From Candidatus Eiseniibacteriota bacterium (GTDB taxonomy: Bacteria; Eisenbacteria; RBG-16-71-46; JABDJR01): a stretch of 64,000 bases of DNA. The position numbers were made by a program, and so were the translations under genes. Location of the stretch: assembly GCA_963762255.1 (NCBI GenBank), contig CAVXKA010000002.1, positions 64,001-128,000 of the forward strand. Reading direction: 5' to 3'. The notes under the pieces were generated by a model. That model worked only from the letters and a program-made list of their open reading frames with translations. It was not told the origin of the DNA and did not search any database. Below are positions 1 through 9,189 of this stretch, one piece after another (position 1 is the first letter of the stretch; each line of letters begins with the position of its first letter).

Positions 1-2
1 CC

Positions 3-581
3 AGCAGCGAGGCCACTCCGCCTCCTGCGCCGGACTCTCTTTGCGCAACACGGGAGAGCGCCGGCGTGCGGCTTACATGGCTTGCGGTTTCTTCCCCGGA
101 AGTGGTCTCGTACAACCTCTATTCTTCGCGCGCGGGCGACCTGGCGGTCTGCATCGCCAGCGTGGATGCCGGTAGTACGAGCTACATCGACGTCGCCGCG
201 CCGGCGACTCTCGTGAGATACGCGGTCTCCGCGCTCGACGGTGAGGGCAATGAATCGCGCCTCGCCGCATGGACGGATGTCGAGTGCCACGAGAGCAGCC
301 CGTCGCTGCGCGTCACCCCCGACGGAACGGCCTGGCGGGTGAGCATCTCGGAGCCCGAGCCGGCGCAGACCGTGCTTCGCGAGGCTCCCCCCAACGTCGC
401 CGTGTTCGATGTGCTGGGCCGTCTGGTGGCTCGTGTCCCGGCGTCCCCGAGCGGGGACGGATGGGAGGCGCGCTGGAGCGGTGAGGGGAATGGGGGAGCG
501 AGCACGGCACAGGGGATTTACTTCGTCCGTGCCGTGGGCGGCACTTGGTCCCGGACGCAGCGTGTGCTCGTCCATCGCTGA
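3..581 (+). CDS. C-terminal part of a secreted protein: FN3-like domain plus FlgD-Ig/T9SS-type C-terminal domain (5' truncated by window edge)
   Basis: Frame is open from position 3 (SSEATPPPAPDSLCATRESAGVRLTW). FN3-like pattern 'LTW...YNLY...YAVSALDGEGNES'; CTD-like 'VFDVLGRLV...W.G.G..G.....GIYFVR...RVLVHR'. Confidence 0.75.
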   Translation, partial: SSEATPPPAPDSLCATRESAGVRLTWLAVSSPEVVSYNLYSSRAGDLAVCIASVDAGSTSYIDVAAPATLVRYAVSALDGEGNESRLAAWTDVECHESSPSLRVTPDGTAWRVSISEPEPAQTVLREAPPNVAVFDVLGRLVARVPASPSGDGWEARWSGEGNGGASTAQGIYFVRAVGGTWSRTQRVLVHR

Positions 582-665
582 TCGTGTCCCGGGGGGTTCG
601 CGCCGCCTGTGCTAGACTCGTTCCTTCGCACGGGCGCGTGATACCCTGACACCGGAGGCCATTCC

Positions 666-1502
666 CTGACCCTCGGCAAACGAGACACAGTCTGGATCGT
701 CCTCGCCGCGGCGGCGGTCGGCGTCGTGTACGCGCCGGTCGTAGCCGAGTTGTTTCGGGACTGGCTCCACGACCCAAACTACAGCCACGGGTTTCTCATC
801 CCCGTGATCTCCGCGTTTCTCATCTGGCAGAGGCGCTCCGAACTGGCCCGCACTCCTCTACGCCCGTCCATCGCCGGCCTCGCACTCCTGCTGATCTCCG
901 CCGCGCTGCTGGTTCTGGGGGTGGCCGGCGCCGAGGTCTTCACGCAGCGGGTGAGCTTGATCGCCACGCTGGCCGGCGGAGTGTGGTTCCTGGCCGGGGG
1001 ACAATGGCTGCGGAAGCTCGCTTTTCCTATTCTCTTTCTGCTTCTCGCCGTGCCGCTGCCGTACGTCATCTACTATGACCTCACCGGGCCGTTGCAGGGG
1101 GTGGCCGCCCGGAGCGCCATCCGGGGTCTGCACCTCGTGGGAATCCCCGCGGTGGCGGAGGGGAACATCATCCACCTGCAGAGCGCGAGCCTGGAGGTGG
1201 CCGAGGCCTGCAGCGGCATCCGGTCGCTCTACGCGTTTCTCGCACTCGGGGCTCTTCTCGCACGCACCCTGCCACTCCCTCTCTGGGGACGCATCGTGGT
1301 CTTCCTGCTCACGATTCCGTTGAGCGTGGCCGGCAATGCGATGCGGGTGTGGGGGAGCGGGGTCGCCGCGCATCTCTTCGGGGCGCGCTACGCGCAGGGG
1401 CTCGCGCACGAGCTGTTCGGGCTCGTGATCTTCGCGGTGGCGCTCGGTGCGCTCGCGCTCGTGGCCAGGGGAGTGAACAGGCTATGGCCTTCCGCGCGCT
1501 GA
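666..1502 (+). CDS. xrt: Exosortase (EpsH/XrtA-like transmembrane transpeptidase)
   Basis: Motifs YSHGFLIP, VAEACSGIRSL (catalytic Cys), N-x-x-R (GNAMRV) and AHELFG; multi-TM. Start placed at CTG 666 (GGAGG at 654-658); the ORF track start is GTG 726. Confidence 0.9.
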   Translation: MTLGKRDTVWIVLAAAAVGVVYAPVVAELFRDWLHDPNYSHGFLIPVISAFLIWQRRSELARTPLRPSIAGLALLLISAALLVLGVAGAEVFTQRVSLIATLAGGVWFLAGGQWLRKLAFPILFLLLAVPLPYVIYYDLTGPLQGVAARSAIRGLHLVGIPAVAEGNIIHLQSASLEVAEACSGIRSLYAFLALGALLARTLPLPLWGRIVVFLLTIPLSVAGNAMRVWGSGVAAHLFGARYAQGLAHELFGLVIFAVALGALALVARGVNRLWPSAR

Positions 1503-2110
1503 TCCTCATTCTCGTCGTGGGTGCCGCCGGCGTGTACGCGCAGGTGCTGGGCGGGCGCCGGGTGGAGAGCGGGGCCCTCCCGGATTTGAGCCGGATCCCG
1601 GCAAAGATCGACGGCTGGATGAGCGAAGACTACCCGATGACCGAGTCATCGACCGACGTCCTGGGCGCCGACGAATATCTGCAGCGGCGCTACGAGAACA
1701 CCCGGGGAGTACAGGTGTGGCTCTTCATCGCCTACTTCCGGGAGCAGCAGGTGGGCTCGCAGATCCACTCGCCGCGCAACTGCGTGCCGGGGAGCGGGTG
1801 GGACGTGCGCTCGTTGTCCCGCACGGACATTCTGCTGGGGAGCGCCGATCAATCCGCGCAGCGGATGATGATCGAGCGGAGCGGACAGCGTCAGGAGATG
1901 CTCTATTGGTTCCGAACGCGCGGCGGCACCGTGACCGGAGAGTACGCCCTGAAGTGGGATCTCCTGCGCAACTCGCTCCTCGGACGGCCGACCAACGCGG
2001 CCTTCGTGCGGTTCAGCGCCATGGACGCCGATGCTGACGCGATGCGAGAGCTGCTTGCGCGGCTGGACGAACCCATGGGGCGTGTCCTGGCCGAGGTCGG
2101 CATCCGATGA
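1484..2110 (+). CDS. epsI: EpsI family exosortase-associated protein
   Basis: LGADEYLQRRY, 'LFIAYF..Q..GSQIHSPRNCVPGSGW', MLYWF; overlaps the 3' end of the exosortase gene; ATG at 1484. Confidence 0.88.
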   Translation: MAFRALILILVVGAAGVYAQVLGGRRVESGALPDLSRIPAKIDGWMSEDYPMTESSTDVLGADEYLQRRYENTRGVQVWLFIAYFREQQVGSQIHSPRNCVPGSGWDVRSLSRTDILLGSADQSAQRMMIERSGQRQEMLYWFRTRGGTVTGEYALKWDLLRNSLLGRPTNAAFVRFSAMDADADAMRELLARLDEPMGRVLAEVGIR

Positions 2111-2976
2111 CGGATCCCGCCCCGGCGTCGGGCGGGCTCGCCGCCTTCTCCACGGATGTGGAGGACTACTTCCAGGCGGAAGCGCTGCGCTCCTTCTTCC
2201 CGCGCGGGACGTGGGACGGCCTCGAGGACCGCACCGAGGCCAACGTGGAGCGTGTGCTCGCGATCCTGGCGGAGCATCGGGTGCGCGGCACCTTTTTCGT
2301 GCTCGGCTGGTCCGCGGAGCGTCATCCGGATCTCGTCCGGCGGATCGCCACCGAGGGCCACGAAATCGCCTCGCACGGCTTCGCCCACGAGCTCATCTAT
2401 CGCCAGTCGGTGGAGACCTTTCGCGCCGACGTGCACAGGGCCCGCGCGCTTCTGCAGGATCTCTCCGGGCAGGAGGTTCTCGGCTACCGCGCGCCTTCCT
2501 ACACGATCGTGCACCGTACGCGCTGGGCGCTGGCCGTGATCGCCGAGGAAGGGCACCGCTACGACTCCAGCATCTTTCCGATTCGCCGCCGCAAGTACGG
2601 CATCCCCAACGCCCCCCGACAGCCGTACCGGATCGAGGACGAGGGAACCCGGGGTTTGATCGAGTTTCCCCTCCCCGCGGTCCGCATCGGACCGCTGAAT
2701 GTCCCGGCCACGGGCGGCGCCTATCTTCGCCTTCTCCCCATCGGTTTCCAGACTTGGGCCGTGCGGCGCCTCCTCAGCGAGGGGAAGGCCGTGGTTCTGA
2801 ACATCCACCCCTGGGAACTCGACCCTGAGCAGCCCCGCCTGCCCGTCCGTCCGCGGACCCGCTGGACCCACTACCACAACCTCGGCCGGGCCGAGGCGCG
2901 GCTGCGGACACTCCTCGCCCTGGCGCCGTTCCGATCTCAGAGCGAAGTCCTCCAGGAGCTGGGGCTCCTGGGCTGA
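2107..2976 (+). CDS. Polysaccharide deacetylase, exosortase-system type (NodB + DUF3473)
   Basis: DVEDYFQ, TFFVLGW.AER.P.LVRRI, HEIASHG..H, GYRAPSY, YDSSIFP, GGAYLRLLP, HPWELDPEQPR. Confidence 0.92.
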   Translation: MTDPAPASGGLAAFSTDVEDYFQAEALRSFFPRGTWDGLEDRTEANVERVLAILAEHRVRGTFFVLGWSAERHPDLVRRIATEGHEIASHGFAHELIYRQSVETFRADVHRARALLQDLSGQEVLGYRAPSYTIVHRTRWALAVIAEEGHRYDSSIFPIRRRKYGIPNAPRQPYRIEDEGTRGLIEFPLPAVRIGPLNVPATGGAYLRLLPIGFQTWAVRRLLSEGKAVVLNIHPWELDPEQPRLPVRPRTRWTHYHNLGRAEARLRTLLALAPFRSQSEVLQELGLLG

Positions 2977-3085
2977 CTTCTGGCGTTCGGGACATCGGCG
3001 CTTCCTCGCCGCACCGTCATGTATCCTTGACACACCGAGGACGGAGACGGGGGTTTCGGGCGGGAACCAGACCCTGGGCAGGGCG

Positions 3086-3113
3086 TTGACAGACCTCTTA
3101 GGCATGGTATCCT
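3086..3113 (+). promoter_or_regulatory. Sigma70-like promoter for the membrane protein/TPR/PrsK/PrsR operon
   Basis: TTGACA (3086-3091), 16 bp spacer, TG-n-TATCCT (extended -10, 3108-3113). Confidence 0.55.
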
Positions 3114-3208
3114 ATGCAACTGCAAAAAGTGCAAAGCTCACCTACGGGGTTGCCTTAGGGTGTCGGGAAAGGTTGCGGTCTCCGCGGACCGCAGATTGGA
3201 AGGACGGC

Positions 3209-4042
3209 ATGATCCTACTCCGCTCCCTGGGCGTGGCCGGATGGGCTGTACGCAGCGTGTTTCCTCTAGCTCGACGCGGTTCACTCTGGTTGCCGTTCCT
3301 CTTCATCGCAGTCGTCCAGTGCGCCAGCCTCGCGCTGGTGCTCGCTTACGGACGGGGAGCCCCGATTCCGTTCGTGGGCGCCGGGATGCGCTGGATCGGA
3401 GGCGAGGGGGCCACCCACTTTCCCTTCTTCTATGCCGCGGTGCCGGTTCTTCTTGCTCGCTGGAATCTCCTCCTGAGCGCCTGCGTCTTCTCCGTCGCGA
3501 CCGCCGGCGCGGTGGCACTCTTCGCGCGGGCATGGGGGTTTCGTCCCGATGTGGATCCCTGGCCGGCCGCTCGTCGCCGGTACCCGGGCATCCTGGCCAT
3601 AGGGGCCGTGACCGCGCTCGTGAGCCTGGTCATCTTCCTCGCGGGCCAGGTGATCCCCGCGGAGACCCTGGCGATGAACCGCAATCTTCGCTGGGGGACC
3701 CGCTTCGCCCTGCTGGGCACGTTTGTGATCGTGCAGAGCCTTCTCGTTTACGCGTACCCCTGGATCATCCTGCAGGGGCGAACCTGGACGCGGTCTCTCG
3801 GCGAGTCCGTCCAGACGGCCCTTCGGCTGGTGCTCCCCACGCTCCTCGTGGTGGGGATCCCCGTCCTGCTTCTGTATCCGCTCGATTACCTGACCGGGCG
3901 GACCGACCTCTTCCTCATCAAGCTGCGACCCGATCTCATCGGTGCCGTGCTGTTCGTGAGAATCGTGCTGGAGGCCATTTTCGGATTCTTCCTGGTGGGG
4001 ACGACCACGCGCCTGTTCCTCTGGCGCACGGAGGAGAAGTGA
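3209..4042 (+). CDS. Multi-pass membrane protein of unknown function
   Basis: About 6 hydrophobic segments; ATG 3209 preceded by GGAAGGA; stop overlaps the next ATG. Confidence 0.75.
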   Translation: MILLRSLGVAGWAVRSVFPLARRGSLWLPFLFIAVVQCASLALVLAYGRGAPIPFVGAGMRWIGGEGATHFPFFYAAVPVLLARWNLLLSACVFSVATAGAVALFARAWGFRPDVDPWPAARRRYPGILAIGAVTALVSLVIFLAGQVIPAETLAMNRNLRWGTRFALLGTFVIVQSLLVYAYPWIILQGRTWTRSLGESVQTALRLVLPTLLVVGIPVLLLYPLDYLTGRTDLFLIKLRPDLIGAVLFVRIVLEAIFGFFLVGTTTRLFLWRTEEK

Positions 4043-5571
4043 TGCGGCGTGTATGGATCTCGACTCTGATCGTTCTCTCGGCATGGGGTTGCGGCGGCTC
4101 CTCCCCGGAGGGTCGGCGCTTCGAAGCGGAGCGTGATCTCTTTGCTCTCAATAAGGAGTGGCAGGAACTCAACATCAAGCCTGACCTTGTGACGAAAGAG
4201 GATCGGGCCAAGATCGCCGATCGCTTCGCGGCGCTGGGCGAGCGCTACCGCGGCGTGGCCGCGACCTCGGACACGTCGGCGTCCGGGCGGGCGATGCTCG
4301 AGACGCGTGCCATCGCGGCGCGTGCGTTTATCACCGCCGGTGATATCCACGCGGGTCTGGGCGATGGGATCCTCGCCGACAGCCTCTACGCCCTCGTCAT
4401 CGAGGGCTACGACGACCTGCCGCGCATGGTGGCCGAGGCCGCTATCGATCGCGGGGTGGCCGCGGAGCGCGAGGGACGGCTCCGGGACGCCGCCGTCTCG
4501 TATGCCCGTGCGGTGGGCCGGGTGATGCCCTCCACGGAAGGCGAGGGGCCTGAGCGCAAGATCATGCCGCTCCCCCTGCACATCGCGCGCCTTCGGGCCC
4601 AGGCCGCGGGGGATACCCTCGGGGCGAGCCGCGCGCCCTACTACGTGGAGGCGAGAGCGTACTACGAGACCGTCGCCGCCAAGGTCGGCGGGCAGCCCCT
4701 CGGAATCCAGGCGCGCAGCCGCCTGGTCGACGCCGCCACAGACCTCGGAGAGTGGTCCACGGCGGTCCGCCAACTGCGGATCCTCGAGAGGGAGACCCGG
4801 GGTCTGCCGGGAGACGCCCACGACCTCGGTGAGATCCGCTACGCCATTGCCGAATCCCAGAGACGCATGGGGCAACCCGATTCCAGCGAGGCCAGCATGG
4901 AGTCGGTGCTCCGGGACGCCCCCAAGAGCCCATTCGCCCCTCGGGCGCTCATCGCGCTGGCACTTTATGCCGAAGACAAGGGGAAGATGTCCGAGGCTCT
5001 GGGCTACCTGGAAAGGGTTCCGAAGGAGTACCCCGGTGCCGAAGACGCCGGGGCGCTGGCCATGCTTGCCCGCGCGCGCATCTATGAACGGACGAAGCGC
5101 TGGCAGGAAGCGTTGGAGCTCTATCGCGCGCTGCCGCTGGAGCACCCGCTCTCCGAGCCGGCGCTCCTGGCGCCGATCGAGATCGCGCAGCACCATGACC
5201 GGGCGGGGGACGCGGAAGCCCGTGGGCGGGCGCTGAAGGACGCGGAAGCGTCCTATCGGGAATTCATTCAGCGCTATCCCACGCAGGGGTACACGATCTC
5301 GGCGCGGGCGAAGCTGGTGGACGTGCTGACCATCGAGAAACGGTACGCGGAAGCGGTCGACGAGCTGCTGCAGATCGCACAGGCCCAGAAGGGCAATCAG
5401 GCCGGGGTCCTCTCGCTCCTGCGAGCGGCGAGCCTGGCGCTCACCGAGATGAAGGACGTGGACCGGGCGCTGGAGATCCTGGATCGGGGATCGTCGTGGT
5501 ACGAGGGAAGCTCGCTAGGGCAGCAGCTCGCAAGGGAGGCGGCTCGCATCCGCAAGGAGAACGGTCGATGA
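4042..5571 (+). CDS. TPR-repeat lipoprotein (positional analogue of PrsT)
   Basis: MRRVWISTLIVLSAWG-C lipobox; helical TPR/YfiO-like repeats (e.g. 'YREFIQRYP', 'ALGYLERVPKEYP'); directly upstream of prsK-like gene. Confidence 0.8.
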   Translation: MRRVWISTLIVLSAWGCGGSSPEGRRFEAERDLFALNKEWQELNIKPDLVTKEDRAKIADRFAALGERYRGVAATSDTSASGRAMLETRAIAARAFITAGDIHAGLGDGILADSLYALVIEGYDDLPRMVAEAAIDRGVAAEREGRLRDAAVSYARAVGRVMPSTEGEGPERKIMPLPLHIARLRAQAAGDTLGASRAPYYVEARAYYETVAAKVGGQPLGIQARSRLVDAATDLGEWSTAVRQLRILERETRGLPGDAHDLGEIRYAIAESQRRMGQPDSSEASMESVLRDAPKSPFAPRALIALALYAEDKGKMSEALGYLERVPKEYPGAEDAGALAMLARARIYERTKRWQEALELYRALPLEHPLSEPALLAPIEIAQHHDRAGDAEARGRALKDAEASYREFIQRYPTQGYTISARAKLVDVLTIEKRYAEAVDELLQIAQAQKGNQAGVLSLLRAASLALTEMKDVDRALEILDRGSSWYEGSSLGQQLAREAARIRKENGR

Positions 5572-5590
5572 GGCTTCCGAAGGTCTGCAG

Positions 5591-7771
5591 ATGAGTCTCA
5601 GGGAGACCGCGCTGCTCGCCGGCATGGCGAGCATGCTTCTCCCCGTGCTTGCGGCCTACCTGCGGCACCGATCGGGGCCGGCGTGGTGGATGACCGTGCT
5701 CGCCGCCGCGTCGATGTGCGCTTTCCTTGCCGTCGTGTGGAGACTGGTGGCCCTGGGGCCGAGCGCGGACGTGAGGCCCTGGGTGTACCTGCTGACCGCT
5801 CTGGGGATCCCGGTGCTGTTGTCCGGCTATCTGCTCACTCTGGTGCTCGGGCGGGGAAGCCCCGTGGACGCACTCAAGAACTCGAGCGTGACTCTCGGCG
5901 GGCTCCTCGCGGTGGGTATCCTCTCCCTGGTCTTCCTGCGCCACGACACGTTCCTTCTCGGCTATGAATGGAAGGCGGGAAGCGGTTCGCTGCTGTTGGG
6001 CCCCCTCGGGAAGGGATACCTGAGCTTTCTGCTCGTCGGCGCAGTGTTCGTGGGATACAACCTGGAAAGCACCTACCGACTGGCGGGCGGAACCGAGCGG
6101 GAGCGACTGCGCCCGGTGACGTTGGGGCTCTTCGGCATGCTCGGGTTCCTCACCTACGTGCTTACCACCGGACTCCTGTACTCCGCGGTGGAGCTGGACA
6201 ACCTGGTGGCGCTGGTGGTGCCGTTGGTGGTCGCGAGCCTTCTCACCGGGTACGGTTTCCTGAGGGGCACGCTGGTGGACACCGCGGTGCCGGTGTCGCG
6301 AAGCGTCGTCTACTCCTCGTTCACCGCGTTCGCCGCCGCCCTCTACGTCCTTGCGATGGGACTCGCGGCTCAGCTCGCCACGCTGACCCGCTGGTCCCCG
6401 GGGCAGGTCGTCACGATCTCCTTCGTCTTTCTCGTCGTGGTCACCGCGGTCGTGTTCCTCTTCTCCAATCAATTTCAGCGCCGGGCACGACGATTCATCG
6501 ACCGCAATTTCTACGTCAATCGGTACGATTTCCGCGCGCAGTGGTACCGAGTGACCCGGACCCTCGAGCCCTCGCAGCAGGCAGAGGGGGTGCTCGAGGC
6601 GGCTCACCGGATGCTGCGCGAGGTGTTCCTCGCCGACGGGGTGACGATCTCGCTGCGCGAGCGGGGAAGCCGGTCGTGCCGCCCGTCGGTGGGCAAGGGC
6701 GTGGACGATCCCGCCGCGGTGCTCGCCGAGCACTCTCCTCTCTGCCAGAAGCTCTCCGGTGGCCGGCGCGCGCTGCTGCTGGATCGCCAGACGGATGACC
6801 TCGAGTACATTCCCATCTACGTCGAGAACCTGGAGTGGCTGGAGCACACCGCGAGTCAGGTCGTAGCGCCGCTCCTGGTCGGACAGGACTTGATCGGGGT
6901 GCTGGGGCTGGAGCGCAAGCATCCCGACGACCGCTTCAGCTACGAAGACCTCGACCTCCTCGACTGCATGGCGGCGCAAGTGGCGGCGGTGCTTCGCTCG
7001 GTGGAGCTGGCGCGGGACCTCGCCGAGGCGCGCGAGATCGAACTCCTGTCGCAGTGGAGCAACATGATCCTCCACGACCTCAAGAATTACCTCTCTCCGC
7101 TGCGGCTCATCGTGCAGAACATGCGCATGCACATGGGCAACGTCGAGTTCCAGAAGGAGGCGCTGGAGGATCTCTCCGCCGTCGCCGAGCGGATGGAGCA
7201 CATGGTGCGGCGCCTCTCCGAGCTGCGTGAGGGGCCGCGCCTCGTCGAGGGCGTGGTCGATGTGAACGGAGTGGTGAACGACACCCTGAACCAGTTGAAG
7301 CTCGCGCGACGGACCTCGCTCACCGTTGAGACGGATCTCCGAGCGGTGGGAGGGGTGCGCGGGGACGAGGCCATGTTGCGGCGGGTCGTCGAGAACCTCA
7401 TCACGAACGCGGTGGACGCCATGGACGGCAAGGGGGCGCTCATCATTCGCACGCGATCGGACAAGGCGGGAGGGAACGGAAGCCCCGCCCTGGTGCTCAC
7501 CGTCACCGACACCGGACCCGGAATGGAAGAGGCCTTCGTTCGGGAGAAGCTGTTCCGGCCTTTCGCCTCGACCAAGAAGCGCGGGCTGGGTCTGGGCCTC
7601 TATCAATGCCGGAGCATCGTCGACGCGCACGGCGGCGAAATTCAGGCGGAGAGCCGGCCCGGTCGCGGCACGACGTTTCGGGTGGTGCTCCAGGGTGTGC
7701 CCCCCGCGCCGGTGCGTTCGTTCGGATCGCCCTCGGGATCGGTTCCCCTCACGCACGGGCGTCCGTCATGA
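5591..7771 (+). CDS. prsK: PrsK-like membrane histidine kinase (PEP-CTERM/exosortase system)
   Basis: Multi-TM N-terminus, 'FIDRNFYVNRYDFRAQW', GAF-like region 'FSYEDLDLL', H-box ILHDLKN, NLITNAVDA, DTGPGM, LFRPFASTK, GLGLGLYQC. Confidence 0.88.
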   Translation: MSLRETALLAGMASMLLPVLAAYLRHRSGPAWWMTVLAAASMCAFLAVVWRLVALGPSADVRPWVYLLTALGIPVLLSGYLLTLVLGRGSPVDALKNSSVTLGGLLAVGILSLVFLRHDTFLLGYEWKAGSGSLLLGPLGKGYLSFLLVGAVFVGYNLESTYRLAGGTERERLRPVTLGLFGMLGFLTYVLTTGLLYSAVELDNLVALVVPLVVASLLTGYGFLRGTLVDTAVPVSRSVVYSSFTAFAAALYVLAMGLAAQLATLTRWSPGQVVTISFVFLVVVTAVVFLFSNQFQRRARRFIDRNFYVNRYDFRAQWYRVTRTLEPSQQAEGVLEAAHRMLREVFLADGVTISLRERGSRSCRPSVGKGVDDPAAVLAEHSPLCQKLSGGRRALLLDRQTDDLEYIPIYVENLEWLEHTASQVVAPLLVGQDLIGVLGLERKHPDDRFSYEDLDLLDCMAAQVAAVLRSVELARDLAEAREIELLSQWSNMILHDLKNYLSPLRLIVQNMRMHMGNVEFQKEALEDLSAVAERMEHMVRRLSELREGPRLVEGVVDVNGVVNDTLNQLKLARRTSLTVETDLRAVGGVRGDEAMLRRVVENLITNAVDAMDGKGALIIRTRSDKAGGNGSPALVLTVTDTGPGMEEAFVREKLFRPFASTKKRGLGLGLYQCRSIVDAHGGEIQAESRPGRGTTFRVVLQGVPPAPVRSFGSPSGSVPLTHGRPS

Positions 7772-9189
7772 ACAGGCAACCATCTCCCACCGAGTCGAAG
7801 CCGGCGAAGGTTCTGGTCGTGGATGACGAGCCTTCCATACTCCGCCAGCTCAAGTGGGGACTGGCCGGGGAGTATGAGGTGTTCACCTCCGAGTCCTCGG
7901 AGGGGGCCTGGGATGTGCTCCAGGCGGAGCGCCCCGATGTGGTCACCCTCGATCTGGCGCTGGAGGGAAACGACCCGGAGAGCGGGTTCGAGCTTCTGGA
8001 TCGCATGATGGCGTTCGATCCAGGTCTCAAGGTCATCATGGTGACCGGCAACGACACGCGCGAGAACGCGCTTCGGGCCGTGGACCGGGGAGCGTGCGAC
8101 TTCTTCACGAAGCCGATCGCGCTGGAGGAGCTGCGCGTGCTCTTGCGGCGCACGGTGGCCATGCGCCGGCTGGAGACCGAGAACCTCGCCCTGCGCGAGC
8201 GGCTGCGGCGTGAGGGGGGCATGGGCCGGCTCCTCGGCCAGAGCGTGGAGATCCAACGCATCTTCCGTTTGATCCGCAAGGTGGCCCCCGCCGAAGTGAC
8301 CGTGCTCATCAGCGGGGAGAGCGGCACCGGCAAGGAACTGGTTGCCCGCGAGATCCACCGGATGTCGCCGCGCGGCGAGCGCCCCTTCGTGAGCATCAGT
8401 TGCGGCGCGATCCCGGAGAACCTCCTCGAGAGCGAGCTCTTCGGGCACGAGAAGGGGTCGTTCACCGACGCGTACACGTCGCGGGAGGGGAAGCTCGAGA
8501 CCGCCAACGGGGGCACGGTTTTCCTGGACGAAATCGGCGAGATGCCGATTCCCCTCCAGGTCAAGATCCTGCGCTTCCTCCAGGAGCGGGAGATCGAACG
8601 GGTCGGGGGGCGCAAGGTGATTTCCCTCGACGTGCGGGTCGTAGCGGCCACCCACCGCAATCTCAAGGATGATGTGGCCGCGGGGCGTTTCCGGGAGGAT
8701 CTCTACTTCCGCCTTTCGGTCGTGAACATCGACCTTCCCCCGCTTCGGGAGCGCAAGGCGGACGTGGCCTATCTTGCCCAGTGCTTTCTGGATCGCTATG
8801 CTGCGGAATTCGGCCGCAGCAAACTCACCTTCAGCCGCGAGGCACTGCGTGCGCTCCAGCGGTACCCCTGGCCGGGCAATGTCCGGGAGCTGGAGCATCG
8901 CGTCCAGCGGGGAATCGTCCTGTCCAAGGGGCGCGTGATCCGGTCCGACGATCTGGAACTGGACGGGGAAGAGGATACCGAGGTGTCGAGCCTGCGCACC
9001 GCGCGCGAGGACGCGGAGCGGCGGGTGGTGAGCGAGGCGCTGCGTCGCAGTTGCGGCAACATCGCCCGCGCCGCGCGCGAACTCGAGATCTCCCGTCCGA
9101 CGCTGCATGATCTGCTGCACAAGCTGGACCTGAACGCCACGAAGTTCAAGAATGGAATCGGGTCCGATGAGCGGAAGGAGGGCGCCTAG
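7768..9189 (+). CDS. prsR: PrsR-like sigma54-dependent response regulator (REC-AAA+-HTH)
   Basis: 'VVDDEPSILRQLKW', 'PDVVTLDLAL', GESGTGKE, ESELFGHEKGSFTDA, LDEIGEM, WPGNVREL, Fis-type HTH 'ISRPTLHDLL'. Confidence 0.9.
   Translation: MNRQPSPTESKPAKVLVVDDEPSILRQLKWGLAGEYEVFTSESSEGAWDVLQAERPDVVTLDLALEGNDPESGFELLDRMMAFDPGLKVIMVTGNDTRENALRAVDRGACDFFTKPIALEELRVLLRRTVAMRRLETENLALRERLRREGGMGRLLGQSVEIQRIFRLIRKVAPAEVTVLISGESGTGKELVAREIHRMSPRGERPFVSISCGAIPENLLESELFGHEKGSFTDAYTSREGKLETANGGTVFLDEIGEMPIPLQVKILRFLQEREIERVGGRKVISLDVRVVAATHRNLKDDVAAGRFREDLYFRLSVVNIDLPPLRERKADVAYLAQCFLDRYAAEFGRSKLTFSREALRALQRYPWPGNVRELEHRVQRGIVLSKGRVIRSDDLELDGEEDTEVSSLRTAREDAERRVVSEALRRSCGNIARAARELEISRPTLHDLLHKLDLNATKFKNGIGSDERKEGA

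Noticed and set aside
3100-3180. Possible sigma54 promoter or c-di-GMP-I (GEMM) riboswitch (GGCATG...TATGC; GCAAAGC)
   Set aside because: GG-to-GC spacing does not fit -24/-12, and the GEMM P2 stem with GNRA loop cannot be built.
8440-8475. GAFTGA loop variant GSFTDA in PrsR as a sign of inactivity
   Set aside because: The key F and T are retained; such variants occur in sigma54 activators.
5441-9120. Long antisense ORFs (e.g. 5441-7756, 7642-9120; also 27011-29017 and 62468-63985)
   Set aside because: They shadow well-supported genes, have Arg/Pro/Gly-rich translations without motifs, and are expected from high-GC codon bias.
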